Source of the DNA: a virus
Virus genome (UHGV): UHGV-0306641
Strand: one strand, 5' to 3'
Length of the DNA: 64,000 nucleotides
Below the pieces are notes generated by a model. That model was not told where the DNA came from. It worked only from the letters and a program-made list of their open reading frames with translations, and searched no databases. The translations under genes were made by a program, and so were the position numbers. Within the stretch, counting starts at the first letter, position 1; every line of letters starts with the position of its first letter. Positions 37,875 to 46,355 of the stretch are shown here, piece by piece.

Positions 37875-38900
37875 TTGAACTATCCGAATATTATCAACAT
37901 GAATTCGAGTTTTCCCGAGCTTACGGGGATCACTCCAGAGGAAGTTGCACAGAATCTACGCAAATTCATGGCGGATAAAGAGGCATATTCTGAAAATACG
38001 TTCAAAAAACTAACATCGGTTGTCCGGGCGTGGGCTGTGTGGTGCCAGAAAAATCAGATCGCACCGCTGCCGATTATGCCCGATTGCGCCAGAGCTTATT
38101 TTCTGGAACTACATGAAGCCGGTGTTGCATCCACCAGCATCACCAATCATTTTGCGATGCTTAACATGTTGGCCCGAATTTGTGGGCTTCCTGATCTGAA
38201 AAACTGTACAGAAGTGCAGCTGGCGATGAAGAAAATTCGCCGCCAGTCCGTTCTTGGCGGAGAAAAGACCGGGCAGGCCGTCCCGTTCCGGCTCGCCGAC
38301 CTGCAGTTAGCCAGCCATATTTTGTCCCAGTCCGACCGGCTTGCCGATTTGCGCAACCTCGCTTTTCTGTACGTAGCCTATAACTCCCTTCTTCGAATAC
38401 AGGAGATCGCCCGAATCCGGGTAAAAGACTTATCCGTTAACGATGAGCGGATAATCATGGATATTTCTCACACGAAAACAGTCGTGACCGCCGCAGGCGT
38501 CATCAAACATCTGAGTGTTCCAGCCAGTAATATGTTGAAAAAATGGCTAAATACTTCAGAGCTGATCAGCCATCCCGACGCGGTTGTGTTTTGTCGTGTA
38601 TTTAAAAATGATCGGGTACAGATATCCGAAACACCGATGACGACACCTTCACTGGAAAAAATATTCCAAGATACCTGGCGGCTGCTGGGCAGACCATCAC
38701 AAACCACCAACAAAGGAAGGTATGAAATGTGGTCTGGACATAGCGCCCGAGTCGGAGCTGCACAAGATATGGCTGAGCGCGGAGTGAGTATGGCGCAGAT
38801 AATGCACGAAGGAACATGGTCAAAACCGGAGACAGTAATGCGCTATTTACGACGCCTGAAGAACGAAAACAGCGCCATGAGTGACATAATGGAAAGGTAG
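37875..38900 (+). CDS. cre: Cre-family tyrosine recombinase
   Basis: 341 aa, TTG start after AAGGAGGT. Long colinear matches to P1 Cre: 'IRNLAFLGIAYNTLLRIAEIARIRVKD' vs 'LRNLAFLYVAYNSLLRIQEIARIRVKD'; 'WSGHSARVGAARDMA' vs 'WSGHSARVGAAQDMA'; catalytic R..H-R-W and a Tyr in 'VMRYL'. Confidence 0.85.
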   Translation: MNYPNIINMNSSFPELTGITPEEVAQNLRKFMADKEAYSENTFKKLTSVVRAWAVWCQKNQIAPLPIMPDCARAYFLELHEAGVASTSITNHFAMLNMLARICGLPDLKNCTEVQLAMKKIRRQSVLGGEKTGQAVPFRLADLQLASHILSQSDRLADLRNLAFLYVAYNSLLRIQEIARIRVKDLSVNDERIIMDISHTKTVVTAAGVIKHLSVPASNMLKKWLNTSELISHPDAVVFCRVFKNDRVQISETPMTTPSLEKIFQDTWRLLGRPSQTTNKGRYEMWSGHSARVGAAQDMAERGVSMAQIMHEGTWSKPETVMRYLRRLKNENSAMSDIMER

Positions 38901-38981
38901 ATACGCATCATTCTAAGGCTTTAATTTGTTGTAACGTGACTATTATTAGGACAAAATCGGACACGCGCCAAAGGAGGTGTT

Positions 38982-39302
38982 ATGTCGGATCTTGTCCTGC
39001 TTCACAGGCACTTTGTCATTGACCATTGCAAGCTTAGTTTTACTGCAGGCATCAAACATGGTCGTGCCGTGGTAGTTTTTGGCATAGCCACTCAATCCGA
39101 AGTAACCCCCCTCCTGACGCTTGAAAAAGAGTACCCGGACCGTAACGCCGCTTGTCAGTACGTACAGCGAGTGACAGAAACGGCAGCGCGCAAGTTGCTG
39201 GTTTACTACCAGAACGAGCACCAACCATTAGTTGACCGCATCAATAACGTGTTTTCCGGGCCAATCCGACTGGAATATTCCAGCCGCCACAAACCAGCGT
39301 AA
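38982..39302 (+). CDS. Hypothetical protein
   Basis: 106 aa with a GGAGGT RBS upstream; an ATTCTAAGG motif lies 60 bp upstream. Confidence 0.4.
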   Translation: MSDLVLLHRHFVIDHCKLSFTAGIKHGRAVVVFGIATQSEVTPLLTLEKEYPDRNAACQYVQRVTETAARKLLVYYQNEHQPLVDRINNVFSGPIRLEYSSRHKPA

Positions 39303-39305
39303 GAG

Positions 39306-39764
39306 ATGTGTATGTCCGTATCGTCAAACGTTGTGCGCCTGTTCGTCGCCGTCGCAAGCGCCCATGACATAAATGATCCAGTCGGCAACTTCAGCAATGG
39401 GTCTTATGTGGATTCATACAGTGGATATTACTTCGGTCCTGACATTTTCCAGCACCCCAAGACATTAGCAACCTTGGTTAAGAACGGGGTGATCGAGTTT
39501 TGCCGCGACCAGGAGCATGGCGAGGTGATCCGGTTCGACGACCGGCGTGACGTTCTTGACGAGTTCCAGCGCGGGATATTAGACGCCGAGGCCGGTAATC
39601 CTGATGACGCGGAGGACTCCACCAGCCCTTACGCCTACCTTGCCGGTAGAAAGTTCTTCAATCAGCGCCAGCGCTACGGAGGAATGGCGTACAGAGAGGA
39701 CCAGGGACGCGTCTGTCATGGAATGGTGTGCGCTGACACTGGGGAACGATGGGAACAAGGGTGA
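39306..39764 (+). CDS. Hypothetical protein
   Basis: 152-aa ORF. Confidence 0.35.
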   Translation: MCMSVSSNVVRLFVAVASAHDINDPVGNFSNGSYVDSYSGYYFGPDIFQHPKTLATLVKNGVIEFCRDQEHGEVIRFDDRRDVLDEFQRGILDAEAGNPDDAEDSTSPYAYLAGRKFFNQRQRYGGMAYREDQGRVCHGMVCADTGERWEQG

Positions 39765-39846
39765 TAGACAGAAAAAAGGGGGCCATTACAGCCCCCCTTC
39801 TTCATTGCGATTTAGCCTTTGAAAAAGCCACTGACAGGATAGCAAA

Positions 39847-40329
39847 TTGAACAACGCCTTCCCACAATTACAGATCTTTTCTTCTCCATACCCGGACGTT
39901 GCCGCCGCCATTATTGCGATCTATTGCGGTGAAAAGCGCGGCCTGACGCTTTCCCGACGGGATTTTACCGCCCTTCTGCCTGGCGTCAGCACCGATCACA
40001 TTCGCAAAACGCTACGCGACTTTCTTGAAAACAAGACGCTGGCCCGGAGCGGATGCCGGTACCGGCTCGCAGTTACTCCCGCCAGAATTATTGGCATGAA
40101 GCCGTACCGCCTTTATCGCGTGGATTTACAGATTCTACGGCTCATACAGTCAAGAGGTGTCATCACGGCAAGCGACATGCTGCGGGTACACGGCGTGTCA
40201 CGAACAATATTTCTGAGATCCGCCGCAAGGCTGAAAAAGCTGGGACTGATTGAGTCCTATCAAGACAAACCACTCCCGGCAGCATGCCGGTACTACAAAT
40301 TTAAAACACAGGAAAATATCCATGAGTAA
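39847..40329 (+). CDS. Putative winged-helix DNA-binding protein
   Basis: 160 aa. 'ITASDMLRVHGVSRTIFLRSAARLKKLGLIE' looks like a wHTH. Confidence 0.3.
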   Translation: MNNAFPQLQIFSSPYPDVAAAIIAIYCGEKRGLTLSRRDFTALLPGVSTDHIRKTLRDFLENKTLARSGCRYRLAVTPARIIGMKPYRLYRVDLQILRLIQSRGVITASDMLRVHGVSRTIFLRSAARLKKLGLIESYQDKPLPAACRYYKFKTQENIHE

Positions 40330-40792
40330 ATTACAGATTTGCAAGATTGATGAAGGCGCAACGGTGCCAATGCTGGCTGGTGGCTCTACTTTCCCTATTG
40401 AGGCTACAGATATTCGCTTTGAGGCCGTCATCCGCAATGCCGGTAATCACGCAAAGGCGTACTGGCTGAAAACAGGGCTGGCGTTTAACGTCCCTGAAGG
40501 CCACGTTCTGAAGGTTTACTCTGCACCTGATATAGCAAGGGCTAACCATGCCAGACTTGCCGAATGCGTAGCGCTGGTGGAGCCTGGCGACCATTCAGAA
40601 TTGACTCTGCGAATGGTGATCGACGATGGCGGTAAATCATTTGAGCCTAAGCCGGGGATGATTGTCGCCCGTGCCATGCTGGAAAAAATTGTCTGCCTGG
40701 AGCTGGAAGAAGTAGACAGCTTTGATGCGCCAAAATCAGTAAAAAACACCAGCCAGCCCAAAGGGGATGTAACCGCAAAGGCTGGTAAATAA
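40322..40792 (+). CDS. dUTPase-fold protein (possibly non-catalytic)
   Basis: ATG at 40322 (ATGAGTAA overlap). All-beta pattern with 'ATVPMLAGGSTF' and 'LRMVIDDGG' reminiscent of dUTPase motifs I and III. Confidence 0.3.
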   Translation: MSKLQICKIDEGATVPMLAGGSTFPIEATDIRFEAVIRNAGNHAKAYWLKTGLAFNVPEGHVLKVYSAPDIARANHARLAECVALVEPGDHSELTLRMVIDDGGKSFEPKPGMIVARAMLEKIVCLELEEVDSFDAPKSVKNTSQPKGDVTAKAGK

Positions 40793-40793
40793 C

Positions 40794-41468
40794 ATGGAAT
40801 ACATCATCGGCAAGGGGGTGAGTGTCTTCACCCTCGATGGCAACGAAATCGACCAGAGAAGTATCGACCTAGCCTTGTTTACCCTTACCGGCTTCACGCC
40901 CATTAATACCAATGGTGTTACGGTATGGGAGCGCGGTAGCGAGCGCTACTGGACGCCACCAGACACGCAGGTAGAGGACGCGGATAGCATATCTGATCAT
41001 CTGAATGCGAAGGTAATGGTACCGTCACAGGATGCCGGTTTCGCGCAACGGCTATTGCGCCTGGTGCCGATGGTGGTCAATCCGATCGTGTTTATTGAAG
41101 GTCGTTTGGTTGGTGGCTGGCAGGTCGAGAATAACCCGGAGCCAAGCACCGGCGACATTATGACAAACGGTCATCAATCCCATTCTTACCAGGACACAGT
41201 TTTACCCATGGCTATTGCAATGGTGTTTCTGCAGGTACAGGGGTTGGGCCAACAAGCCTGGGTCTATATCGGGGAGCACGATGGCGCGCAGCCGGAGCTG
41301 CATTACGTGGTCCCTCACCCGCGCACCCTGGCATTGTTGGAAAGCACACCTTCATTCATCCGCGCGCCGGAACTTGATAAGTTCGCGGTAGTCGGTCCGT
41401 CGCCAGACTTTATACAAGAAGCGTTTACGACCGCTAAGCTAAAGCAGGCCGCTCGCGTTCCTGAATAA
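40794..41468 (+). CDS. Hypothetical protein
   Basis: 224 aa; TAACATGG coupling to the previous gene. Confidence 0.35.
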   Translation: MEYIIGKGVSVFTLDGNEIDQRSIDLALFTLTGFTPINTNGVTVWERGSERYWTPPDTQVEDADSISDHLNAKVMVPSQDAGFAQRLLRLVPMVVNPIVFIEGRLVGGWQVENNPEPSTGDIMTNGHQSHSYQDTVLPMAIAMVFLQVQGLGQQAWVYIGEHDGAQPELHYVVPHPRTLALLESTPSFIRAPELDKFAVVGPSPDFIQEAFTTAKLKQAARVPE

Positions 41469-41500
41469 TCTCCGACCGGCCCCCGTCAGGGGGCTGTTAT

Positions 41501-41932
41501 TCACCCTTCGGCATCTTCCGCTAACAATTCAAGCATTGACGGTTTAGGGTTATCAGCCACGATCTGAGTTGGTGAGCTGCAGGCGTCTACTTCCGCCTCT
41601 TTTCGAGGCTTGCTGTCAGCATTCAACCACTGATGGATTAGCGCTGGCATCTGGCCCTTCGTTAAGTCGGGTTTAAACCATAAGCTGTAAGCCGTCCGGG
41701 AGCCACCAGCAGCTGCATATTCTGCGAAATTGACAATGTAGCCCTCTACCCCCTTCTTAAACTCAACGTCATCCATTTTATTACCATTTAACGCAACCAT
41801 GCCTGAGTCCTGATAAATGATAACTTTGCGTGTGCCGCAATCGAAATTAAGCGCGCGTAAGCTGGTGGGTTGTCCTACTGTCGGGACAAAAATTAGTAAT
41901 GCAGAAATTAAAAGCCATTTTATATTTTTCAT
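41501..41932 (-). CDS. Secreted/periplasmic protein with an N-terminal signal peptide
   Basis: N-terminus MKNIKWLLISALLIFVPTVGQ; 143 aa; followed by a 440-bp AT-rich noncoding stretch. Confidence 0.4.
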   Translation of the reverse strand: MKNIKWLLISALLIFVPTVGQPTSLRALNFDCGTRKVIIYQDSGMVALNGNKMDDVEFKKGVEGYIVNFAEYAAAGGSRTAYSLWFKPDLTKGQMPALIHQWLNADSKPRKEAEVDACSSPTQIVADNPKPSMLELLAEDAEG

Positions 41933-42374
41933 ATTTCCCTACCAGATCAAATAGCAATAAATATGCTTGCCCTCATATCTGGCGAGATAGGTTATAGGAC
42001 TTTCCGCAATAACAGTAATTTTTTACGCAATAATCTTTAACGCAACAGCACCTGCCGAGCGCCATGTGACTATCTAATCCGCTCTACGACTTGTCGCACC
42101 CTGATTTGACATTGAATTCTAAGGATTTACTTTATGTTTACTTGCTAATAACTGAGGGCAGTAAGCATGTTAGGGTAAAAACTCATTTGCTCACCTGCCC
42201 CCATGGAAAATAAAATAGCAGCACGGTAACAATTACAAACGAGAGGAATATATGAAAATTAAAATCAAGCTTATTATCTTTACTTTCAAAATAAACTTAC
42301 ATATTGAGAGATTATGCAATTAAATAAAAATGGGGGATTCGACCAGATGTGTCCTCCCCTATAGTTTCCGTATC

Positions 42375-42872
42375 CTACTTGTAGTAGTAGGCTATATTCA
42401 TTGCCTTATAGAGTTCCTTAAATCTTTCTTCTCTATATAACGAAAGCCATTCCGTCCAATTACTTATTACGATCTTCCAGAGTGGTGAATCAAACAATGC
42501 AGATTGAGCCGGTAATTGCTCTCCTGGTTGGAGGTATACCGCCTCAATCATTCTTACACAGCGTCCAAAATCATCAGGGTCAAGAGGGTAGGCAAATTCC
42601 GCCTCACAGCCTCCTGTCAATATGGATGCCATATATAGACTGCTAGCCCCAACATCATCACTGGCAAGCCATGCCTCCAGCCCTATTCCCTCCTTGCCTA
42701 CTCCCTTCAGGACTACAGCTGGCTTACGAGCGTACTCCGCCACAATTAAGTTCGCCGCTCCTATTATCGTGCTGTAACGGTTATCTGCAGTGAGGCCTGG
42801 AATCTGGCGGCACAGCTCCGTAGAAATGGCATTTATCAAAGCAATCTGATCTATCTGGTAGGTTTCGCTCAT
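42375..42872 (-). CDS. Hypothetical protein
   Basis: Probable start at the Met of 'MSETYQ' (42872) after AGGAAG; 165 aa. Confidence 0.35.
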   Translation of the reverse strand: MSETYQIDQIALINAISTELCRQIPGLTADNRYSTIIGAANLIVAEYARKPAVVLKGVGKEGIGLEAWLASDDVGASSLYMASILTGGCEAEFAYPLDPDDFGRCVRMIEAVYLQPGEQLPAQSALFDSPLWKIVISNWTEWLSLYREERFKELYKAMNIAYYYK

Positions 42873-42894
42873 TGCTGTCTTCCTTGTAATGGAT

Positions 42895-43335
42895 TCAGGC
42901 GACCTGGTGGCAGGTAACGCCCATAGAACGGATAGCGGCGCACACGTCCGGGTTATCATCGAACGCGCACAAAATGTTTTCGGTGCCGATGTTCCTGATC
43001 CAGTCACGCTTAATTTCAGCTGGTGGGCGGTGCTCTTTCTCCCCACGCATAATCAGGCGGTCATAAGGGATCTGGTATCGTGATAACCAAGCAGCTGTTT
43101 CCGCATAGGCCACCTCTCCCCGGCTTGTAAGAATGAAAATCCTGTAATGTCTGCTCAGTGCCACCAGCAACGCGATATTCGCCATGATGGGAGTATCTTT
43201 CTCACACGCCAGGCTAAAACGGTCCCAGTTCGGCGCGTGGCTCATCATGTCCAGGCGAGGAATGAGATCCTCACGGTGGCGGTGGTCAGCCAACGTATTG
43301 TCCAGGTCAAACACCACGATATCTGCAGTGGTCAC
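42895..43335 (-). CDS. HAD-superfamily phosphatase (5'-nucleotidase / polynucleotide 3'-phosphatase-like)
   Basis: HAD motif I 'VVFDLDNTLAD' at the N-terminus; downstream 'FILTSRG' (motif II) and 'AFDDNPD' (motif IV). Confidence 0.5.
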   Translation of the reverse strand: MTTADIVVFDLDNTLADHRHREDLIPRLDMMSHAPNWDRFSLACEKDTPIMANIALLVALSRHYRIFILTSRGEVAYAETAAWLSRYQIPYDRLIMRGEKEHRPPAEIKRDWIRNIGTENILCAFDDNPDVCAAIRSMGVTCHQVA

Positions 43336-43473
43336 AAAAACACTCCTGTCATTCGTAAGTGAACAATAATAATCAATATGATTCTAAGGTATTTGTATTT
43401 ATCGAATGGATAAATTACAGCATTCCGTTTTATACTCTGAGAATACCATTAAATCTAAGGGTTTTTAAAAGGG

Positions 43474-44148
43474 TTGTTCATGCTTAGTACAGAGGATCGG
43501 GATGCACTCTACGAAAAACAGCGAATCGCAGCGCAACGGCAGCGCGAACGTCAGAAGACCAAGCTGGCTGACCCAGCTTATCGGCAACATCAACAGGAAA
43601 AACGGCAGGCGGCAGCACAACGATCCGCCGAAAAACGATTAGCCCGTATCCGTTCACCGGAGTATCAGGAAGCGCAGCGTGAAAAACAGCGCATTAAGCG
43701 ACAGGAAACAGCACAGAAACCACGTACAGCACTTACCGTTACCAAAACCCGTAAAACCTCAACGCGAGGACTGAAAGGCAGAACCCCGACCGCAGACGAA
43801 CGGCGCGTAATGAATGCGTTAGCCAAACTCCCCTGCACCGCTTGCTGGCTGCATAAACACCACCAGCCAATTGTCAGCCTGCATCATGTAAATGGGCGCA
43901 CTGCAGCTGGCGCGCATATGGATGTTTTACCGTTGTGCCGGTGGCATCACCAGGACGCGGCCCCAAAAGCAGATCGCGAGCAATACCCGTGGCTGGTGCC
44001 GGTTCATGCCAGCGGCAATGTTGGCGGAAAGGCCGAATTTACGCGCCTGAACGCCTCCGAAGAAGATTTGCTACTCATGGCCTACGAACAGGCTGGAATA
44101 ATCAGAGAGGTACATGGTGTGCCACTCGTAAAAAGGAACGAACAATAA
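43474..44148 (+). CDS. HNH endonuclease with a basic disordered N-terminus (P1 Ref-like architecture)
   Basis: 224 aa. N-terminal ~100 aa Arg/Lys/Gln-rich coiled region; C-terminal 'CTACWLHKHH...HHVNG...CRWHH' Cys/His HNH-type metal site. TAATG coupling to the next gene. Confidence 0.5.
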   Translation: MFMLSTEDRDALYEKQRIAAQRQRERQKTKLADPAYRQHQQEKRQAAAQRSAEKRLARIRSPEYQEAQREKQRIKRQETAQKPRTALTVTKTRKTSTRGLKGRTPTADERRVMNALAKLPCTACWLHKHHQPIVSLHHVNGRTAAGAHMDVLPLCRWHHQDAAPKADREQYPWLVPVHASGNVGGKAEFTRLNASEEDLLLMAYEQAGIIREVHGVPLVKRNEQ

Positions 44149-44936
44149 TGAGAATAAAACATTGCGCCACATCTGATCCACGTTGGGTGGAGCTGGTAGA
44201 GAAATATCAGAGTAACTGGAATCAAGCGATGATAGACATCTTTGGTATGACACCTACAGATCAGCAAAAACTGGTGATAGAAAGAGCAAGCAAACCGGGT
44301 TCACATACAACGGTAACAACCCCTAGTGGAATTGGTTGTAAACACCTCATAAGTGCTATTGCCATTCTCCTCGTAATTCTTTATCCCAATGGGCGAGTTA
44401 TCATCCCATCAATGGACGTTGCCGCCACCAAAAGCCAAATAATGAAGTACATGAAGCAACATTGGTATAAAGCGATTCAAAATCATCCATGGCTTGATAT
44501 TTACTTTGACCTAACGAGCAACGGAATCCATGAACGAAGCACCGACCGCCTTTGGTTTAGCAGTTTTAAAAGCGTCAGAAAGTATCCAGAAAGCATAGCT
44601 GGTGAATATGCCAAACATCTGTTTTTCATTTGCCCTAATGCCAATAGCTTATCCGAAAAGATAATGGGAATTATCAATGCCTCATTGGTTGAAAGGGACA
44701 ATGGAATACTGCTCACAGGAATACCATCAGAACACCGTACTTACTTTTATCATAGCCACCATAGGCTATCAGGGGATCTATATTCAGCGATTCAATTGAG
44801 TGCCGAAGATTCTCCACTCGTAACGCCGGAATACATAGAGATGAAAAGACGTGAACTTGGAGGACGCGACACAAACGCTTATCGGATGCAGGTCCTGGGC
44901 CTTTTCCCAAACGAATCATCCACCAGCGATATATAG
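44148..44936 (+). CDS. Truncated paralog of the terminase large subunit ATPase domain, with degenerate Walker A/B
   Basis: Colinear with the PacB N-terminus: 'CATSDPRWVELVEKYQSNW' vs 'CVTSDPRWREMAIRYRHDW'; 'IFGMTPTDQQ' vs 'LFGMQPSWQQ'; 'YFYHSHHRL' vs 'YFYDSHHSL'; 'QVLGLFP' vs 'KVLGQFP'. Walker A is 'SGIGCKH' instead of 'GHGTGKS'; Walker B 'LLIILDEASG' is replaced by 'LFFICPNANS'. No nuclease domain (262 aa). Confidence 0.6.
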   Translation: MRIKHCATSDPRWVELVEKYQSNWNQAMIDIFGMTPTDQQKLVIERASKPGSHTTVTTPSGIGCKHLISAIAILLVILYPNGRVIIPSMDVAATKSQIMKYMKQHWYKAIQNHPWLDIYFDLTSNGIHERSTDRLWFSSFKSVRKYPESIAGEYAKHLFFICPNANSLSEKIMGIINASLVERDNGILLTGIPSEHRTYFYHSHHRLSGDLYSAIQLSAEDSPLVTPEYIEMKRRELGGRDTNAYRMQVLGLFPNESSTSDI

Positions 44937-44944
44937 GTGTAACA

Positions 44945-45175
44945 GTGACAAGAACAGCAACGGAACGGGCCTTAAATCCCCACGGACACGTATATATACT
45001 GGATGGATTAACCAAACTCCATATTTGTAAGATTTGCGGAACCTGTGAGCGCCGGAACGGACAATATTGGTGGGCTGGTAAGTGGAGTAAGACAGAGCCG
45101 CCGTGCGGCCTCAACACAGATGGACAACGGGACTGGCATAACAATGCAAACCCTGACAACGAAGACGAACCATGA
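44945..45175 (+). CDS. Small Cys-rich (zinc-ribbon-like) protein
   Basis: 76 aa with 'CKICGTCERR...C' in the sequence. Confidence 0.2.
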   Translation: MTRTATERALNPHGHVYILDGLTKLHICKICGTCERRNGQYWWAGKWSKTEPPCGLNTDGQRDWHNNANPDNEDEP

Positions 45176-45369
45176 CCGGCTGCAGGACGATAAATAATTC
45201 CTTGACGCAAAAAAAACACAAAGTACAAACCGCATAAAATCCTCGCAGCTTTTGTGTTCCCTTGAGGGTACTTTTGACAATTTAACTTCCTGCTTTAGCG
45301 CGGTTGGGAACATCAATAGCCAGTAAGGGGCCGCAATCGCGGCCTTTTTGCTTTCTGGAGGATAGAAAA

Positions 45370-46029
45370 TTGAGTCAAAAAATAGCTGTTTTCAGTCTCT
45401 CAACATCAACCCCGCTCTATGTCACCGCCATCTATAACGATGACAACAACCTGATAATGAGCACCCCGAAATCACTTCCCAACTCATTAAAACAACAACG
45501 AGTAAAGGTGATCCCCGCCGTCGAGAAGTTACTTAAAGCTGACTTTAAGGTGCTGGTGGATGAAACCAGTGGGACCATTGCGAGCGAAAGTGGCGCTCAC
45601 CATGTTTCACTGAAGACGCGACATACAGACTCGCGCGCTGCAGTTTTGGTCGGCATCGAGCGTTACAACGAATTGCGCCTCCAGAAAGCCATTTCTCTTC
45701 CAGAGAAAAACCCCGGCGCATATGAGATCCCGTCTTCTATCGTGGACATTGATTACAACGCCGCCGGTGACGAGGTATATCACATCAACTGGCAGGATAT
45801 TCGACCCGAGCACCTGCTTACGATCATGTGCTGTTTTGCCACGGTATACCATCCTGTTACTTCTGCTGCGTATATCAAAGCCATGACCGGCTGCAGCGAA
45901 GAACGCGAGCAGCACCCGCTATTACGCGTTTTCGGGAATCTCATTAAGCATCAGGAAGTGACCAGTGCAAACGCCGTACCGCCATCGCTAACCGGGAAGC
46001 GAATCAGTGATAACGAGGTCATTCTATGA
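45370..46029 (+). CDS. Hypothetical protein (first of a 3-gene overlapping operon)
   Basis: Probable TTG start at 45370 after GGAGGA (track ORF starts 45304). Confidence 0.35.
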   Translation: MSQKIAVFSLSTSTPLYVTAIYNDDNNLIMSTPKSLPNSLKQQRVKVIPAVEKLLKADFKVLVDETSGTIASESGAHHVSLKTRHTDSRAAVLVGIERYNELRLQKAISLPEKNPGAYEIPSSIVDIDYNAAGDEVYHINWQDIRPEHLLTIMCCFATVYHPVTSAAYIKAMTGCSEEREQHPLLRVFGNLIKHQEVTSANAVPPSLTGKRISDNEVIL

Positions 46030-46355
46030 GTTACAACCGCCTGGATGACCGCACAATTGACGATCCTATCCTGCTGGCATTGTTTCATCAGGAAGTCATT
46101 GCACGGGCCACCAGCTACAGCGCCGACAACATCTCTTACACCATCAAGCCCGATGAGGTTTACCGTTCTGATTTGTCGGCGTTTCGCTGTTACGGCAATG
46201 AAGAATTACGCTGGGTATTCCGCCTGCTGGTGGGGCATGAATCTGAAACTGAAGCCATGCCGGTTGGCACAACGTTAACCGTGCCGCCGGTGGCCTGGAT
46301 ACGTGACCGGATGCGCGACTATGCGTCGGGAACGGTGGAGTTAATCAGTGGCTGA
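46026..46355 (+). CDS. Hypothetical protein
   Basis: 109 aa; ATGA overlaps with both neighbours. Confidence 0.35.
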   Translation: MSYNRLDDRTIDDPILLALFHQEVIARATSYSADNISYTIKPDEVYRSDLSAFRCYGNEELRWVFRLLVGHESETEAMPVGTTLTVPPVAWIRDRMRDYASGTVELISG

